This document shows positions 15,100 through 28,329 of a stretch of DNA of 64,000 nt, in pieces. The translations under genes and the position numbers were made by a program. Source of the DNA: the human T2T-CHM13v2.0 reference genome, Homo sapiens; the NCBI GenBank assembly GCA_009914755.4, contig CP068257.2, positions 23,904,001 through 23,968,000 of the forward strand, in the 5' to 3' direction. How positions within the stretch are numbered: position 1 is the first letter of the stretch; the number at the start of each line of letters is the position of its first letter. The notes beneath the pieces were generated by a model, which saw only the letters and a program-made list of their open reading frames with translations, did not search any database and was not told the DNA's origin.

Positions 15100-16200
15100 C
15101 AGACACAGTACAAACGTTCTCAAAGCCCAGTTACGTATTCCAAACCAAACGCGGGCTCTTGAAGGGTGATGAGGTAGGGATGAAATCCAGGATCGCCTGA
15201 AGACCATTTCTTCCTCTCTTAGGGACCTGCTGGTCTCCAGCTGATTCGGTCCAGGAGGAAAAACCTCCCACTTGCTCCTCTCGGGCTCCCTGCAAGGAGA
15301 GAGTAGAGACACTCCTGCCACCCAGTTGCAAGAAGTCGCCACTTCCCCCTCCAGCCGACTGAAAGTTCGGGCGACGTCTGGGCCGTCATTTGAAGGCGTT
15401 TCCTTTTCTTTAAGAACAAAGGTTGGAGCCCAAGCCTTGCGGCGCGGTGCAGGAAAGTACACGGCGTGTGTTGAGAGAAAAAAAATACACACACGCAATG
15501 ACCCACGAGAAAGGGAAAGGGGAAAACACCAACTACCCGGGCGCTGGGCTTTTTCGACTTTTCCTTTAAAAAGAAAAAAGTTTTTCAAGCTGTAGGTTCC
15601 AAGAACAGGCAGGAGGGGGGAGAAGGGGGGGGGGTTGCAGAAAAGGCGCCTGGTCGGTTATGAGTCACAAGTGAGTTATAAAAGGGTCGCACGTTCGCAG
15701 GCGCGGGCTTCCTGTGCGCGGCCGAGCCCGGGCCCAGCGCCGCCTGCAGCCTCGGGAAGGGAGCGGATAGCGGAGCCCCGAGCCGCCCGCAGAGCAAGCG
15801 CGGGGAACCAAGGAGACGCTCCTGGCACTGCAGGTACGCCGACTTCAGTCTCGCGCTCCCGCCCGCCTTTCCTCTCTTGAACGTGGCAGGGACGCCGGGG
15901 GACTTCGGTGCGAGGGTCACCGCCGGGTTAACTGGCGAGGCAAGGCGGGGGCAGCGCGCACGTGGCCGTGGAGCCCGGCCTGGTCCCGCGCGCGCCTGCG
16001 GGTGCCCCCTGGGGACTCAGTGGTGTCGCCTCGCCCGGGACCAGAGATTGCGCTGGATGGATTCCCGCGGGCAGAGGCAGGGGGAAGGAGGGGTGTTCGA
16101 AACCTAATACTTGAGCTTCTTTGCAAAGTTTCCTTGGATGGTTGGGGACGTACCTGTATAATGGCCCTGGACCAGCTTCCCTGTTGGAGTGGCCAGAGAA
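15100..16200 (+). promoter_or_regulatory. MIR155HG: CpG island / core promoter of MIR155HG. It contains an AP-1 TRE (tgagtca, 15661-15667), a TATA box (15677-15684) and a G-run (15613-15634).
   Basis: High CpG density (gcgcgggc, ccgcccgc, cgcgcgcgcc) confined to this span. The TGAGTCA heptamer sits 10 bp upstream of TATAAAAG. This matches the described AP-1-dependent BIC promoter. Confidence 0.8.
15712..15833 (+). ncRNA. MIR155HG: MIR155HG (BIC) exon 1, non-coding. The transcription start is approximate. The exon ends at donor CAG|gtacgc.
   Basis: A TATA box (tataaaag, 15677-15684) lies about 30 bp upstream. The sequence cgcgggcttcctgtgcgcggccgagcccggg...ggagacgctcctggcactgcag matches the recalled 5' end of the BIC cDNA. 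A GT donor is at 15834. Confidence 0.75.
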
Positions 16201-19200
16201 GTGTGTAAAACACACTAGAGGGGCAGGGTGGAAAAAGAGACTGCCTTCAAAACTTGTATCTTTTCGATTTCATTTTGAAAAATAACTACAAATCTATTTT
16301 AATTTTACAAAGTTAGACTCATAGCATTTTAGATATCAATGTCTTCATTTAACAGAAGTGAAGATGGAGCAAACGCTCAATCAGCGTCTGTATTTATTCG
16401 CTCCTGTTGTGCCAGGGTGCGTTTTTGCCGAGCGGTTGCCTTTCTTTACTCACAAAACCCCCTTGATGTCTGTCCTCCACGTTTTACGAGGGAGAGCCGG
16501 ATCTTTTGAAGTTTGTATCATCTAAAGCAGGTATATTGGGATGACTATGGATAGAATTTAACCTGAAAACACTGAAGTTGACAGCTGACAAAGATATAAG
16601 AATCCAAAGTATGTTAAAAATTAAGGAGCTGAGGCCCACAGAAGTGAAGTTACTTTTCCAGCATCACACAGCAGATCTAGGACCCTGTGTGATTTGAAAA
16701 GGCCAAGGTATCTAATGATGCTCATAATTTAGTTTACATTTTGTGTCAAATAGATGAGGTCAAGTGGACATTATGTGTATATTCCAAAGCCAAAATTACT
16801 GCTTGTAATATCCATTCATCTCTCCGAAGACGTAGTGCCTCTTTTATATGGCTTTAACCTAATGTATAATCGAAGTGAATTAGGGCAGCCAGACTTTTAA
16901 TCACAGGACTGATCTTTTAAAAACGGGTATATGTAAAGTTAATTGCTTATCTATGTGAACAGTAATATACACTATAAAAAGTTTTCAAGGCAACTTCCTG
17001 CCTGTGGTTTAATTTGATAGTCACAATGATAGGAAATTGGCAGGGTTAGGTGGTGGTATCTACATTTTGCCCATGAGGACTTGTGGCTCAGAGAATTTGA
17101 GTTTTTTCTAGTAAGGTCACTAGGTCCCTAGTGCACAGCCTGCTTTTAGGTACGGATGTGGGATGGGGGTGTCGGCAGACCACAGGGTTTTGACTCTCAG
17201 TTTGGGCTCATTTCCATGACTCCTTGCTGCCTCCCTGATTTCTGTCAAATGACCAAAGCACATTTAGTAATTACTTCTGCTGCAAGGACTACTCCTTATT
17301 AGGCTGTGATAAGTAAGTTTCCTCACATAGTGGGTCAGCTCACTCTGGCCACAGGACCCAGCTTCCTAACCACACACATTAAGAAAGAGAAAAATTAGCA
17401 CTGTCTGAGACCTACAACCACTTCAAGGGAGAACAGTGGTGTTTGCACAAATGTCTACTTTTGTTTTAACCTAGTCATGTGTAAAAAGTGTAATTCACTG
17501 GTCTTTACCAAAAAAAAAAAAAAAAAAACAACAACAAAAAAAAAACAGGCATCATAGTCTGCCTGTGCTGGACGCTATGCTAGACACTGGAGAGACAAAG
17601 GTGAGCAGGATAGGCACAACCCTACCCTTACAAACCCAGAAAGTTAGAGGAAGGCCATCAGGACATTGCTGTGCAATTTGATATCATTTCAATTTTGGTA
17701 ACATAGATATTTGAACTAATTAGAATGTGCTACAAATTTTGCCATTCTTTACTTTCCATATGCCAACATGGAAAATTTGTAACCCTCATCTTTAAATACC
17801 TCATCTTACCAGTCCTCTATAAATCAAAAAATCTACCCCAAAAAGCCCTAGGTTTTAACTTTTGAAAAGTTTTTTTTTATCAGCTTTTCAGGTCATGACT
17901 AAGATCTGCCATTCAATTTAAAGGAATTCTTTCATTTTAGAGTAATAGTTACTAAAATCCTTTATTCCTACCTCCTTGAGAATCTAATGGAAATTTTATA
18001 TGCTCTTCCCAGAAAATTTTTGTTAATGTGTATCCTCACACACCAATTTGCATTCGATGTTAGCAGGCTAGAGACTTCCTTGAATCTCAGCCATGACCCT
18101 CTTCGGGGGTCCACTTTCATAATCAGTATTCTAAACCTAGTAGGCATAAATAGCTTGAATAGAGGAAAGTGGTATGTAGACTCTTGCCCTTCACTTGGAC
18201 TGGGCACCTCTATCACTTGGACTGGGCACCAGCTAGTGCCCTTAACTAGCTGGTGTCTCCATTTTTGATAGTCATTGGCTATTGCTTAGCTGAAGCTATT
18301 GATTTTAACAGCCTTATTGTTTTGATATCAGGCTGCCACTCTGCAGAAGTCTAATACTGGGGAAGGAGCACCGGCCTGAGAACCATGGTTTGTTTCTAGG
18401 ACCAACTCTGCAGATTTCTGTGCCTCATTTTGCTCATCTCTAAGATGGGTGGTTGATGGGTGGCAGGGACTGAACCATTTCTAAAATCCCTTACACTGAT
18501 GAAATTCTGTGATTCCAGTGTAACTACCAAGCTCACTTTCATATACCTCCTGAGACACAGCTGGTCTTAGTGAATTTATATCCTCTATGTCCAAAGTAAG
18601 TCAAAGTAAGTACCACTATAATTCACTATAGAATGTATTTTTGTCTTTCACTGATCTTACTGGACTCAAAACTGTTACATGTTTCCTTAAATTAGATAGA
18701 ATAAAAAAATTGTGAAACACTACTTTTCAAGGAAAAATATTACAATTTTAAAAGCCTCTTTTTATCCCACCTCTCAGTAGCTACAACTTTCATATACGAG
18801 TTTCACATATATATGAAAAAAATTTTCTTATCTCAGACTCTTAAGGAAATGCAATGCTTTTAATATGATCACTGCTGTGTAATTCTCATCTGCCCTGAAA
18901 CACTTGTTCTGTCCATCAATCAATGTATTTGGGTTTACAATATGCAGAGCCTCAAGCAAAACCAGTGCAAAAGCACATCTATCCTCAAATAGGCACATCA
19001 TATGTCTGAGCAGTTCAGCATCCTCACTCACAAGTCCAAGGCTCTCAGCAATGTGGAAGAAGATGTGATTCCTAAAATTACCACCCTTACACACAGTGAC
19101 ACACTCACCAGAAAGTGAGGCTTAACATAGCTTAAGTGGCTGTAGTTTAAAACAGATTGTGAATATCTGTGCTAATTCTGAGAAACAATTAGCAGACATA

Positions 19201-22200
19201 TTAACCAATTAGCACAGATCACTAATATCTGTGCTAATTGTTAGGACAGATTAGCACAGATATTGCTACCTTGTGTGGGTAGACAGGGTTAAGGCACTGG
19301 CAGAAGGAAAGATTAGTGAGGAATATCAAATAGCTGATTTAATGAAATTGTGAGGCCGATGTTTGGATAAGGTGAAACAGTGCCCTACAATGACATTTAT
19401 GCCAGTTCTCCATAAACAAGAGTGTTCTACACAAATTATAAGTTCCTGGCTGTCTTAACAAAATGCTATGGTCCTTTATATGCTCACACAAATAATGGTT
19501 CCAAGCATGGGAAACAGGTGCCAGATTGCCCAGGTAGGCATCCCAGCAGCATGCTCCTTAGCCACTGATTAACCTTGCGCAAGTTATTTCACCTGCCTGT
19601 GCCTCAAGGCCCCTGTGTTTCAATGGGGAGGGTGTGAATACTCATTCCTAAGGTTGTGAGGAGGAATAACTGAGTTAGTATACGTCAAACACTTAGGTGC
19701 TTGGCACAGAGGGAGCCTGTGTAAGTGTTTGCTATTATTTTGTTTCAGTAGATGATCTTGTGTATTATAAGAAATCAATTTGGAAGGTGAGATACAAATG
19801 CAGTCTGAGAAAGTAAAGACGTTTTAAAGACATTTTACTGTGTCATGAATTTTCAGAGACCACACTGACATGGTAAAAAGTTGTTTGGTTTTTAGAATTT
19901 TTGTTTCAGAATGCATATCCTTCTCCTTAACCAAAAGAAAAACTACTAAAATACTTCTGAAAATTATTTCCAAGAAAACATTTTGGTGTACCTTTTAGCA
20001 GTTACTTTATGACTTAAAGATTAGGATGAACAAAATAATTATTTTAACTTGGCTTTTACCTGCTTGTAGATAACCTCTAATTTATATAATGGTTCAATTA
20101 TACAGTGGTAAATGTATCTGGGCTTGTTCTTTTAAAATAGCAAGTGTAACATGTGATAGATGTAGGGTACTTACAAAGTACTCACCAAGCATTGATGACT
20201 GATGTCATTAGTATCATGGCTAACATTCACTGAGCCCTGATTATGAGGCTGACACCCAACTAAATGTTTTGCATTGTCACTTCATCTTCACAAAGACTTT
20301 TTGAATAGGTTATTCTTTATCTCCATTTTCAGAGAAGCAACTAAGCCCTAAAGAGGTTTATTAACTTGCCAAATACCACACAGCTAGTAACACTGGTGGG
20401 GTCTGGAATGGAACCCAGGCAAGCTGAAAACGACAGAACAATGAACACTCCTACTTTTCAATTCGATTTGCTAATTGTTAATATTTGCCACACTGGCTTA
20501 TCTCTCTGTATCCCTACCCATCTCTCTCTCTCTCTGTCTATATCTATATGCAAACCTGGCATCTAACTTCTAAATGCTTGAGCACGGATCTCCTAAGAAC
20601 AAGTACATGGTTCTATGCAATGAAAAGACATGATTATGGCATCCAAGAGTGATTTTAAAAATCAAGGATGAAACTTAATTTTTACCCACAAGTCCAGACG
20701 ATGATTTCTACCAGTATTCTCCAGCTTTACTCTGTTTCTTATACTTGACAGACTGAGCTCCAAGCCTGGAATCTTCTAAAAAGGGTCCACTGCCAATCTG
20801 GAATGCCAACAAATCTTATTAATATATCTCCACATTTGTAAGCTTCTACTAAATTCTCCAAGAACCTGCATATCAGTTAAGTCCTGAAATGCTCCAGTGC
20901 CAAATAAAAGCCCACTGTGCAGATAGAAATGCTTTTGGTGACTCTCAAACATTTATTCAAAGGTATTTAGTGAGTATCTGTCAGCTGTATATCCAGCACT
21001 GAGGGAAGACTCAGTCTCTGCCATCACATACACCTCAGCACTAAGAAGAGACACATGAAATAATTACCATCCAGTGTGATAAGTGCTCTGACAGAGGATG
21101 GAGTGAGGACTAGTCACCTTGGGGAAGACAGAGAAGCAGGGTCCCACCAGGAGATGAGGAGAAGCCAGCCTCCAGGAGTGCGCTATCTGAGAGGGCAAGA
21201 GAAGGAAGGCAAAGAGGACGGGTCCATACTTGAACAACTTGAAGTAGGTGTATCTAGTGCCTAAGAGTGTGTATGGTGACATCTTGTGGAGCAGTGAACA
21301 TGACCCTCATTTGGTTTGTTAAAGCATTGGGTCAAATGCCACGGGAATGTAACAGGTAAATGGTCTTTGCCTTATAACACAGGGTATCCCATCCGTGTAA
21401 GACAATGAATTTTTAAAAAGGCAAAACCAAACCTTTTGTTTACATCATTTGCCTTAAATAGTTCTTAGTACACAAATTCTTCCTTGCTTGGGGCCATTAT
21501 GGTGTGTGGAAGTAGAAAAAGATAAACTGTAGCTTACAGAAATAGAAAAGCAATTTTTTCCTATGATAGAGGCATACGGATACAAAAAACAAACAGGTAA
21601 CACATAATAAGTTCCAAATGAGGCATTTTGTTGAAATTCAGTGTTGAGCATAAACAGTGAACTCAAATGCACAGAGGAGGCGTCATGGAAGGGTGACAAA
21701 ACACTCCAGAGCAATAACAGCTACCCTATTTTCTGTTCCCTGGGAGTAGGGAGAAAAGACATCAAAATCAAATTATAAATTTAAAAAAGTATTAAAATTC
21801 TCTTATGGAAATATATTAAGAAGTTTGTTAGGCAAATGGAAAACGTTTTGTGGAAACAAGAAATAAGAAAGAATGGCCATCACTTAAAGCAACAGAATGT
21901 ATCTCTCCCACTAGCTCTCCCCTCCCTACCCACAGCTTTATTCACATTTGTTCTATAACATTTCAGCACAGTTCAGACCTTCCGCTGAGCCAGTGTGAGG
22001 TCAGGGTGTTGAGGAAGCGAGTCCCTGCAGTCAGACTCCAGCTGGCTGTCGTCCTGCTTCTGCTTATTCCACAGAATGAGCCTGGTGGGGGAGAGGAAAT
22101 TCCTAACCTGTTTTTTTTTACACATCTTCATCAGAAAAGCGAAAGCACTAATTACTGTCCATAATAAAACTACTGGGAAGGTTACTTAGCTTGTAAGTAA

Positions 22201-23414
22201 GTTCCACAAAGCCATTTCAGTAAAAACTTCCTGGTTCTAAAATTGGGAAAAGCAGGATAATCCTCTAAGGCTGACATTCTTTCTCTTTTGTGCATTTACA
22301 ACTAAACGGTCACTGATACACATTTCCACAGTGACCCTGCAATATCCACATTGGCTTTCTTCTAAGACACTTCAAAAATACATCACACCTTTATGTGTTA
22401 AATATCACTATTGGCATATATCTTTAAAAACATTTATTTTCTTAATTCTCAAAATACAGAAAAGAATGTTATGCTATTGTGTGCACAAACTGCTATTTTC
22501 AATAAGGAGCTCTTAATTTAGAAAGTTGCTATTTTTCAATAAAGAGCTCTCAATTAGAAAATATCAAGAAGTGATGTTAAGTTTTTATGGAAATAAATAA
22601 AGTATCATGACATGAAAAGTTTATAATTTTTCCCCCAGCAATGGCTTACTCAGGGAATTTTTCTTATATGTAAAGTTAATGATCTGAAAAGTGGTAATCT
22701 TATCATTCACCAAGATTTCAGGATATAAGTTATTCCTACAGAACAATCCATTTTTACCTTTAAAGATGAGTTTGTGTACTTCAGAAGATGTGACGCCAGT
22801 TGGCCACCATCTCAATCAGTAGTAAGTCACACCATCAATCCCTTGTTAATGATGGAACTCATGTGAAGTCAAGAGGAAACATAATACTCTTTACCTCATT
22901 CCCTGGTAGCAGAGAAGTTGACTCATCTTTAATGTCAGTTATTGAGATGTAACACAGAATCATATTCTACAGAAAATATGTGATAAACTTTACACAAATG
23001 AATACACTTTAGAAAGGCAGTCATTTGGATTTTCTTTTTGTCAGAGAACATTGCAAGTCTTCCTGAAGAATTTCTGAGAAATTAAACACTTTATATGACA
23101 TTTTACAGCATGTAGAGAGGTTGAAACTCAGAGAACTAAAACTCAGATGATAGTCTAAATACTTAATTTGTTGCTGCTTTATGCTGGACATGAAAAGTGT
23201 GAGCTTAAATTATAAATAAAAAACTGTTGAGCTATCAAACTATTTGGGGTACATCCTTATCTTTCCTCTAAATTACTCTTTATTCCCATTAAAATCCACC
23301 TATCCCGGGTCCTCTCTCCTCAGCCCTTCACCTCTGCTTTCAAAGATGACTAACTAACCTAATAAACACATCTAAGGTGATGTGTCAACTTCAACCCCAA
23401 CCCTTTTTCCCCAG

Positions 23415-23499
23415 ATAACTTGTCTGCATTTCAAGAACAACCTACCAGAGACCTTACCTGTCACCTTGGCTCTCCCACCCAATGGAGATGGCTCTAATG
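23415..23499 (+). ncRNA. MIR155HG: MIR155HG exon 2 (85 nt)
   Basis: The acceptor is ccctttttccccag. The exon reads ataacttgtctgcatttcaagaacaacctaccagagaccttacctgtcaccttggctctcccacccaatggagatggctctaatg and ends at donor gtaagg. This matches the recalled exon 2 of the pri-miR-155/BIC cDNA. Confidence 0.85.
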
Positions 23500-24583
23500 G
23501 TAAGGAATTCTATCTTAAGTAAAAGGGAAGGGAAACACGCTGACAGATGCAGTTTTTATAAAGGCAGGTCATTGGGGCACCAAGTTGGCAGCCGCTTTCA
23601 ACTTTTGATTCTACCTCAAAAGGTAACCAAGAAATCGTTGTTATTCTAAAGATTATGACAAGTCCAAAGTTTCACAGAATCCTGATTTTTATACACTTGC
23701 ATTAATCACTGCTTACTTCCATGATGTAAACCAAAACTGCAGCGGCAGAATATAGAGAATCAGAATAAATTCTGATAGAAAAGGCAGATACTGTTTCCAC
23801 ATATACAAGTATATGCTAATTGCTTTTAGCAAACTGATCCAAATAGGAATCAACATTATTCCATCTTAATGATTATGTTTTTGATTGGTACACATAAATG
23901 TTAAAGTGGGAAAATATGCAGAGAAAGTTACCTAAACTAAATCACTTTAATTTTCAACAACATAATTACATTCCATTTCACCTACTAAAATGGCTTTGGA
24001 CCTAGAATTTGTATTGCTACATCAATATAAGATGACTTTCAGTAAAAATAGATGTACAGTTGATTTGTAACAACAAATTAATAGTTTTAAATTATTTGTA
24101 TATTTCAAGGTAAATAAAATTAGAGCTATCCCACAATCGCTTTGGTTATGAAATTCGACCACTGTAACTTTTTTTAAAGAAAACTTTATGGTGTGCAGTT
24201 CCTTTGGTATGCAAATATTAAATGGTTGGTGCTGAGAATAAGCAGCAATATAGAAATATATATAATTGTAGAAGAATATAACCTATGATTTAGACATAAA
24301 ATGAGATCCTTACAAGATAAAGAGTTATGGAGATGGATGATAATGATAGTTGTAGAACATTATGACTAAGTGTTTAATATAGCGGACCTGTACACTTAAA
24401 AATGGTGAAGATGTTAAACTTACATTATGTTTACATTACATATTTCACCACAATAAAAAATTTTTGAAGGAAAACCAGAACTTTAATGACAAACTTAGGA
24501 CATATTATGCTCTGAATATATAGTTTTGATAACGTCTTTCCTGGCAAATCAACAAGGTAAGAATAAAAGGATATTCTGAAATC

Positions 24584-24880
24584 TTTTTTTTTCTTTGGAG
24601 ACAGAGTCTTGCTCTGTTGCCCAGGCTGGAGTGCAGTGGCACAATCTCGGCTCACTACTACCTTCTGCCTCCCAGGTTCAAGTGATCCTCCTGCCTCAGC
24701 CTCCTGAGTAGCTGGGATTATAGGCGTGCGCCACCACGCCTAGCTAATTTTTTTGTATTTTTAGTAGAGACGGGGTTTTACCATGTTGGTCACGCTGGTC
24801 TCAAACTCCTGACCTCATGATCCGCCCACCTCGGCCTCCCAAAATGCTAGGATTACAGGCATGAGACACCGCACCCAGCC
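24584..24880 (-). mobile_element. Alu SINE (AluS-like) with target-site duplication atattct[g/t]aaatc
   Basis: Reverse-complement Alu. The flanks at 24571-24583 and 24881-24893 match at 12 of 13 positions. Confidence 0.92.
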
Positions 24881-27557
24881 AGATATTCTTAAATCTTATG
24901 CTCACACTCCACCCCCCCCAAAAAAATTGTCCTTCAGGAAAGCATAATTTAAGGAAAAATTTCCCAAAGTGCCACCTTCAGCTTCATTCTTAGCACCAGA
25001 GGAAGAATTGCCTGTCATATAATGAAAGATCCTTGGTGTTATCATTAATCTAGTATACATAGTGCTTCCTCTTGGTAGATTTTTACCTACTGTGAGAAGG
25101 AATGATTTTGATACTCAGACAGTGTGTAGTAATTTGTTAAGAACATTTAACTTGGAACCTATGCTACACAGTAAAACTTATACTGACAATGGATATTTCA
25201 TGTGGTAGGCCTAAGAAGTATTGTGGAGTGAGGGGACTGGAAGTATATCTGCAGAACTACCTAGTCAAAGACCCCAGTCTAATTTCTAATGTATAATTCA
25301 TATAAATTACTCTTGCATTGCTATACATTAAACATTATGCTTGTCACATTCTTACTTGGTTAGCACTGTCACTACTGATTGTCAGGCCTATAATTGTGTA
25401 TAATTCTTCCCCTGCCACTTTACCAGCTGGTGGCCACACCGATTCCAGAAAGAACTACTTTATTTCTTATTACCTCATGAAAGCACCCTCTGCCCAGTGC
25501 CTTGGCTAATAGACTGGCCTTTGTTGTCTATGACCACTAATTCCCACTCAGGCATATAGCAATTCTGTTGGTGGTTGCTTAGCCCAGTCAAAAACACTGG
25601 AAGTGGACATAGACTCCACACTGATGAATGAATGACCTTCTAGTCATTCTAATGTCCTTAAAAGTCTACTATTTTTAAATTGTAGAATATATATATATAT
25701 ATATATATTTTTTTTTTTTCTGGGATATTTCTCCTTTCTTCTGTTCATTAATGTTTTTCATCTATCATTGTGTTTTAAATATGACCTAAGGTTCTATAGT
25801 ATATTTAGACAAACTTCTCATTTCTCTGCAGTGTTCGGAATTCATCATGCCTGTATGACAAGGTTGTGTTTGAGAACAAAAGGGGACCTGTGTGACATGT
25901 TTTATTTCAATATACATTTAGAGTTTGAACAAATAAAAAAAGCTATTAGAATTTTTAATATATATAACACATTATCAAAAACACTGTCACTTTTCTGAGT
26001 GCTCTAATCAGGCAATTCGTATGTATATTTAAAAAGAGGGAAAAAGCTAATTAGTATACTAAATATATTTATTTTAATACCTGTGCTCATATGTTATCTT
26101 TAAAGAACAGGAATAAAATTTATGGGTAGAATAGTATGCCAGCAATTTACCTTCAATACAAATTAAACACATCTTTTAAGAAAAGGGCGAGTTATATTGG
26201 CTGGGGTGGCACTAACACTACATTATTAATATGTATTTATTGAGCATTTACTGTGTCCAGGACCCTGTAAGGGGGAAAAAAAGTCCTTGTTTTTACAATC
26301 TTTATTGACTGAAATTCTGTAAAATGAATTGAATTCCTGAAGTGACATCATTTAACCCAAATTTTTTCATCATCAACTAATTCATCTCAGAAAACAGTAA
26401 AGTTTAAAAAAAAATACTATCAGTAAGAATAATATATTTCCTTGGTTTGGAAATTTCCAAACCACGATATTCTGCCCTGTCAAAATATATTCACTGGGGA
26501 ATTTTTTACTTCATACGTTTCTTTTGAACTTAGTCACATTTTTATATCTAGCTGGTTTCATTATTAAATAAAAGAAAAGGTGATTCCCCTCTTGTACTGC
26601 AGGAGACCACATACTTGAATGATACTCTAACTTCTAGGTTCTGTTATAGTAACACTGAAATCAGAAACCTGTGGGAGAAATGTCACTTTATCTGAGAGAG
26701 TAAAATCAGACTCTAAAAGGAAGTAGCAAATTCATCTTGTTCTTTTTTTTAATCAACCCTCTGCCTAAGACAAGTAGTTTGAAACACAGAGGACTCTTTA
26801 AGTCATACTTCCTTTATGTAGTCAAAACCAAAGCCACTGGGTAGTGCTTTCCCCAAAGGAATCTCTAAATAGTAGACGGGGACATTTTCAGATAGATTCG
26901 TTTGTAGGCAAACCTCCATTGCTTGTATCACATTTCCTGAAAGAATAAAGGTAAAACTTCAACTATGTATTACAGAAAGAAAAATTCAGCCTGAACCCTA
27001 CCCTTATAAAACAGGTTAATTGGGTTTTAATTTTCATAAATCATAAAGGACTATTTTGAACATTTGGGCCTTTAATTGTCTAGCTCCTAGATGAAGTACA
27101 AATCAGAAAAAAAAAAACTGTACTGTGTCAGAATGCAAGCTTTCCTCTTTGCATTTTGGCATTTGAAAACTCCGAAGAGCGGTTTTTGTTTTTTATTTAA
27201 AGAAGATGATACATATGTGTACCCGATTCAAAACTAGAGAATAGAATTTAAAACATAATTTTCAAAGTCTTCAAATATGCCTAAAGGTAACAATGTCATC
27301 TTTTAATTGCCAATTTCTCTACCACTTTCAAAAAATTACTTCCAAGGATTTAATGAGCTCCTTCCTTTCAACAGAAAATGGACTATTTTCCTTTCAGATT
27401 TACTATATGCTGTCACTCCAGCTTTATAACCGCATGTGCATACACAAACATTTCTTTCTCTCTTGCAGGTGGCACAAACCAGGAAGGGGAAATCTGTGGT
27501 TTAAATTCTTTATGCCTCATCCTCTGAGTGCTGAAGGCTTGCTGTAGGCTGTATGCT

Positions 27558-27580
27558 GTTAATGCTAATCGTGATAGGGG
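27558..27580 (+). ncRNA. MIR155: mature miR-155-5p (uuaaugcuaaucgugauaggggu)
   Basis: 23-nt exact match to the canonical miR-155-5p on the 5' arm of the hairpin. Confidence 0.97.
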
Positions 27581-27596
27581 TTTTTGCCTCCAACTG

Positions 27597-27618
27597 ACTC
27601 CTACATATTAGCATTAAC
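27597..27618 (+). ncRNA. MIR155: miR-155-3p (cuccuacauauuagcauuaaca)
   Basis: 3' arm of the hairpin. Exact match to the recalled miR-155* sequence. Confidence 0.9.
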
Positions 27619-28329
27619 AGTGTATGATGCCTGTTACTAGCATTCACATGGAACAAATTGCTGCCGTGGGAGGATGACAAAGAAGCATGAGTCACCCTGC
27701 TGGATAAACTTAGACTTCAGGCTTTATCATTTTTCAATCTGTTAATCATAATCTGGTCACTGGGATGTTCAACCTTAAACTAAGTTTTGAAAGTAAGGTT
27801 ATTTAAAAGATTTATCAGTAGTATCCTAAATGCAAACATTTTCATTTAAATGTCAAGCCCATGTTTGTTTTTATCATTAACAGAAAATATATTCATGTCA
27901 TTCTTAATTGCAGGTTTTGGCTTGTTCATTATAATGTTCATAAACACCTTTGATTCAACTGTTAGAAATGTGGGCTAAACACAAATTTCTATAATATTTT
28001 TGTAGTTAAAAATTAGAAGGACTACTAACCTCCAGTTATATCATGGATTGTCTGGCAACGTTTTTTAAAAGATTTAGAAACTGGTACTTTCCCCCAGGTA
28101 ACGATTTTCTGTTCAGGCAACTTCAGTTTAAAATTAATACTTTTATTTGACTCTTAAAGGGAAACTGAAAGGCTATGAAGCTGAATTTTTTTAATGAAAT
28201 ATTTTTAACAGTTAGCAGGGTAAATAACATCTGACAGCTAATGAGATATTTTTTCCATACAAGATAAAAAGATTTAATCAAAAAATTTCATATTTGAAAT
28301 GAAGTCCCAAATCTAGGTTCAAGTTCAAT

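Larger units (their letters stand above)
27555..27619 (+). ncRNA. MIR155: pre-miR-155 hairpin (hsa-mir-155 precursor)
   Basis: Exact match to ctgttaatgctaatcgtgataggggtttttgcctccaactgactcctacatattagcattaacag. The two arms pair as a stem-loop. Confidence 0.97.

Noticed and set aside
15058-16215. Long six-frame ORFs in the MIR155HG CpG island: 15058..15588(-) of 176 aa, and the 95-111 aa ORFs at 15219-16215
   Set aside because: GC-rich sequence is stop-codon-poor by composition. These ORFs overlap each other in several frames and strands. They have no splice context or Kozak start. They cover a known non-coding promoter and exon 1.
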